Position numbers and translations under genes: made by a program. 64,000 nt of DNA, taken from Phoronis australis. Lineage: Eukaryota; Animalia; Phoronida. The stretch covers positions 92,035-156,034 of the forward strand of contig NMRA01000772.1 of assembly GCA_002633005.1 (NCBI GenBank), written 5' to 3'. The notes below the pieces were generated by a model. The model did no database searches. It had not been told where the DNA came from and worked only from the letters and a program-made list of their open reading frames with translations. Below are positions 62,995-64,000 of the stretch, piece by piece (positions within the stretch are counted from its first letter, which is position 1; every line of letters starts with the position of its first letter).

Positions 62995-64000
62995 ATTCGA
63001 AAGCATCAGCACACCCCTCCAGTGGATTATGGAATCCAAATTCCAGACGTCGGGTACCTATCATCTTCTCGACGATTTTTTCTTCTTCGGTCCGCCTGCC
63101 TCCCCCACGTGTTCCCAGAATCTCAGCAATTTCCTTCTACTCTGTTCCTCCATTGGTGTCCCAATCAACCGGGATAAGACTGTTCCCCCCACAACATCCC
63201 TCACTCTCTTCGGCATTCATCTCGACACCTCTACCATGTCTGCATCTCTGCCCCAGGACAAGCTCGACAAGACCCAGGAGCTGCTCTTCAACTTCCAACG
63301 TAAGCGCACGGTCACCCTCCGCGACATGCAATCGCTCATCGGTCTCCTCAATTTCGCTTGCTTGGTCATTTTGCCAGGCCGCGCCTTTCTCCGCCGCCTC
63401 ATCGACCTCACCAAGGGGCGCCACCGTCCCCACCACCACGTTCCACTCAACAAGGAGGCCCGAGCCGACATCCGCTCCTGGCTCCTCTTTCTCCGGCACT
63501 TCAATGGTAAATCTTTGCTTCTCTTCGACAAGTCGGTTTCGTCTGCATCCATCAAGCTCTACACTGATGCCGCTTCGGTCCACGGCGGCTTCGCTGCTAT
63601 CCTCGGCTCCCACTGGTTCTCGGGCCACTGGCCCCCGTCTACCTCTGACTTCCACTTCACTTTCAAAGAACTCTTCCCAATCGTCCTTGATATTTGGGGT
63701 CACAAGCTCTCCAACCACCGCCTCCTTTTCATGTGAGACAACTCCGCCGTGGTAGAGATTATCAACAAATCTTCATCGGTCAACAGGGACATTATGCGTC
63801 TTGTTCGCCGTCTCGTAGTCTTCTGTCTTCGCCTCAACATCTTTGTTCGTGCCAAACATGTTCCCGGTTCCTCCAACTTTGTCGGTGATAGGCTCTCTCG
63901 TTTTCAATTTCAGGACGCGTTCTCCATGGCTCCGTGGCTCGACCGGACCCCTACCCCCATCCCTCCTCTCATTCTAGACCACCTCCTCTCCTCATCTCTC
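62995..64000 (+). mobile_element. DIRS-order (Ngaro-like) tyrosine-recombinase retrotransposon: 5'-truncated RT-RNase H, running off the window
   Basis: FESISTPLQWI..HLLDDFFF, LIGLLNFAC.VI.PGRAFLRRLID, LYTDAAS..GFAAILG..WF, KELFPIV, (C to stop)DN..VV.IINK.SS, HVPG..N..DRLSRFQ. Abrupt switch to C-rich composition. Confidence 0.9.

Noticed and set aside
63137-63718. 193 aa and 112 aa minus-strand ORFs
   Set aside because: Antisense shadows of the C-rich DIRS coding strand
1-64000. Search by eye for 7SK (the P-TEFb regulator), snRNA, rRNA or intact tRNA genes
   Set aside because: No signature found; an Infernal/Rfam and tRNAscan-SE scan would be needed to exclude them

Overview
AT-rich eukaryotic DNA with GT-AG introns, most likely from an invertebrate animal draft assembly (one 725-N gap and four single-n joins). 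I reconstructed four intron-split genes by hand, with splice phases that are consistent throughout: (1) STEEP1/CXorf56 on the minus strand (6 exons, 215 aa; exon 2 occurs twice across an n join); (2) CDK9 on the plus strand, head-to-head with STEEP1 (6 coding exons, 376 aa, PITALRE); (3) a gene almost invisible in the ORF track that encodes a stand-alone TOG/CLASP_N-like HEAT-repeat protein on the minus strand (at least 6 exons, 5' end unresolved); (4) a divergent kynurenine aminotransferase (KYAT1/3-like) on the minus strand (9 exons found, one probably in the gap). The rest is rich in transposable elements: a non-autonomous LTR element with a tRNA-Ser-like PBS in the putative CDK9 leader intron, a decayed Academ-type DNA transposon, a DIRS/Ngaro-type retroelement at the right edge, a mariner remnant, CR1-like LINE fragments, tRNA-derived SINE heads, many MITEs/foldbacks and minisatellites. 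All homology calls come from recalled family motifs, not database searches, and identities were counted by eye.
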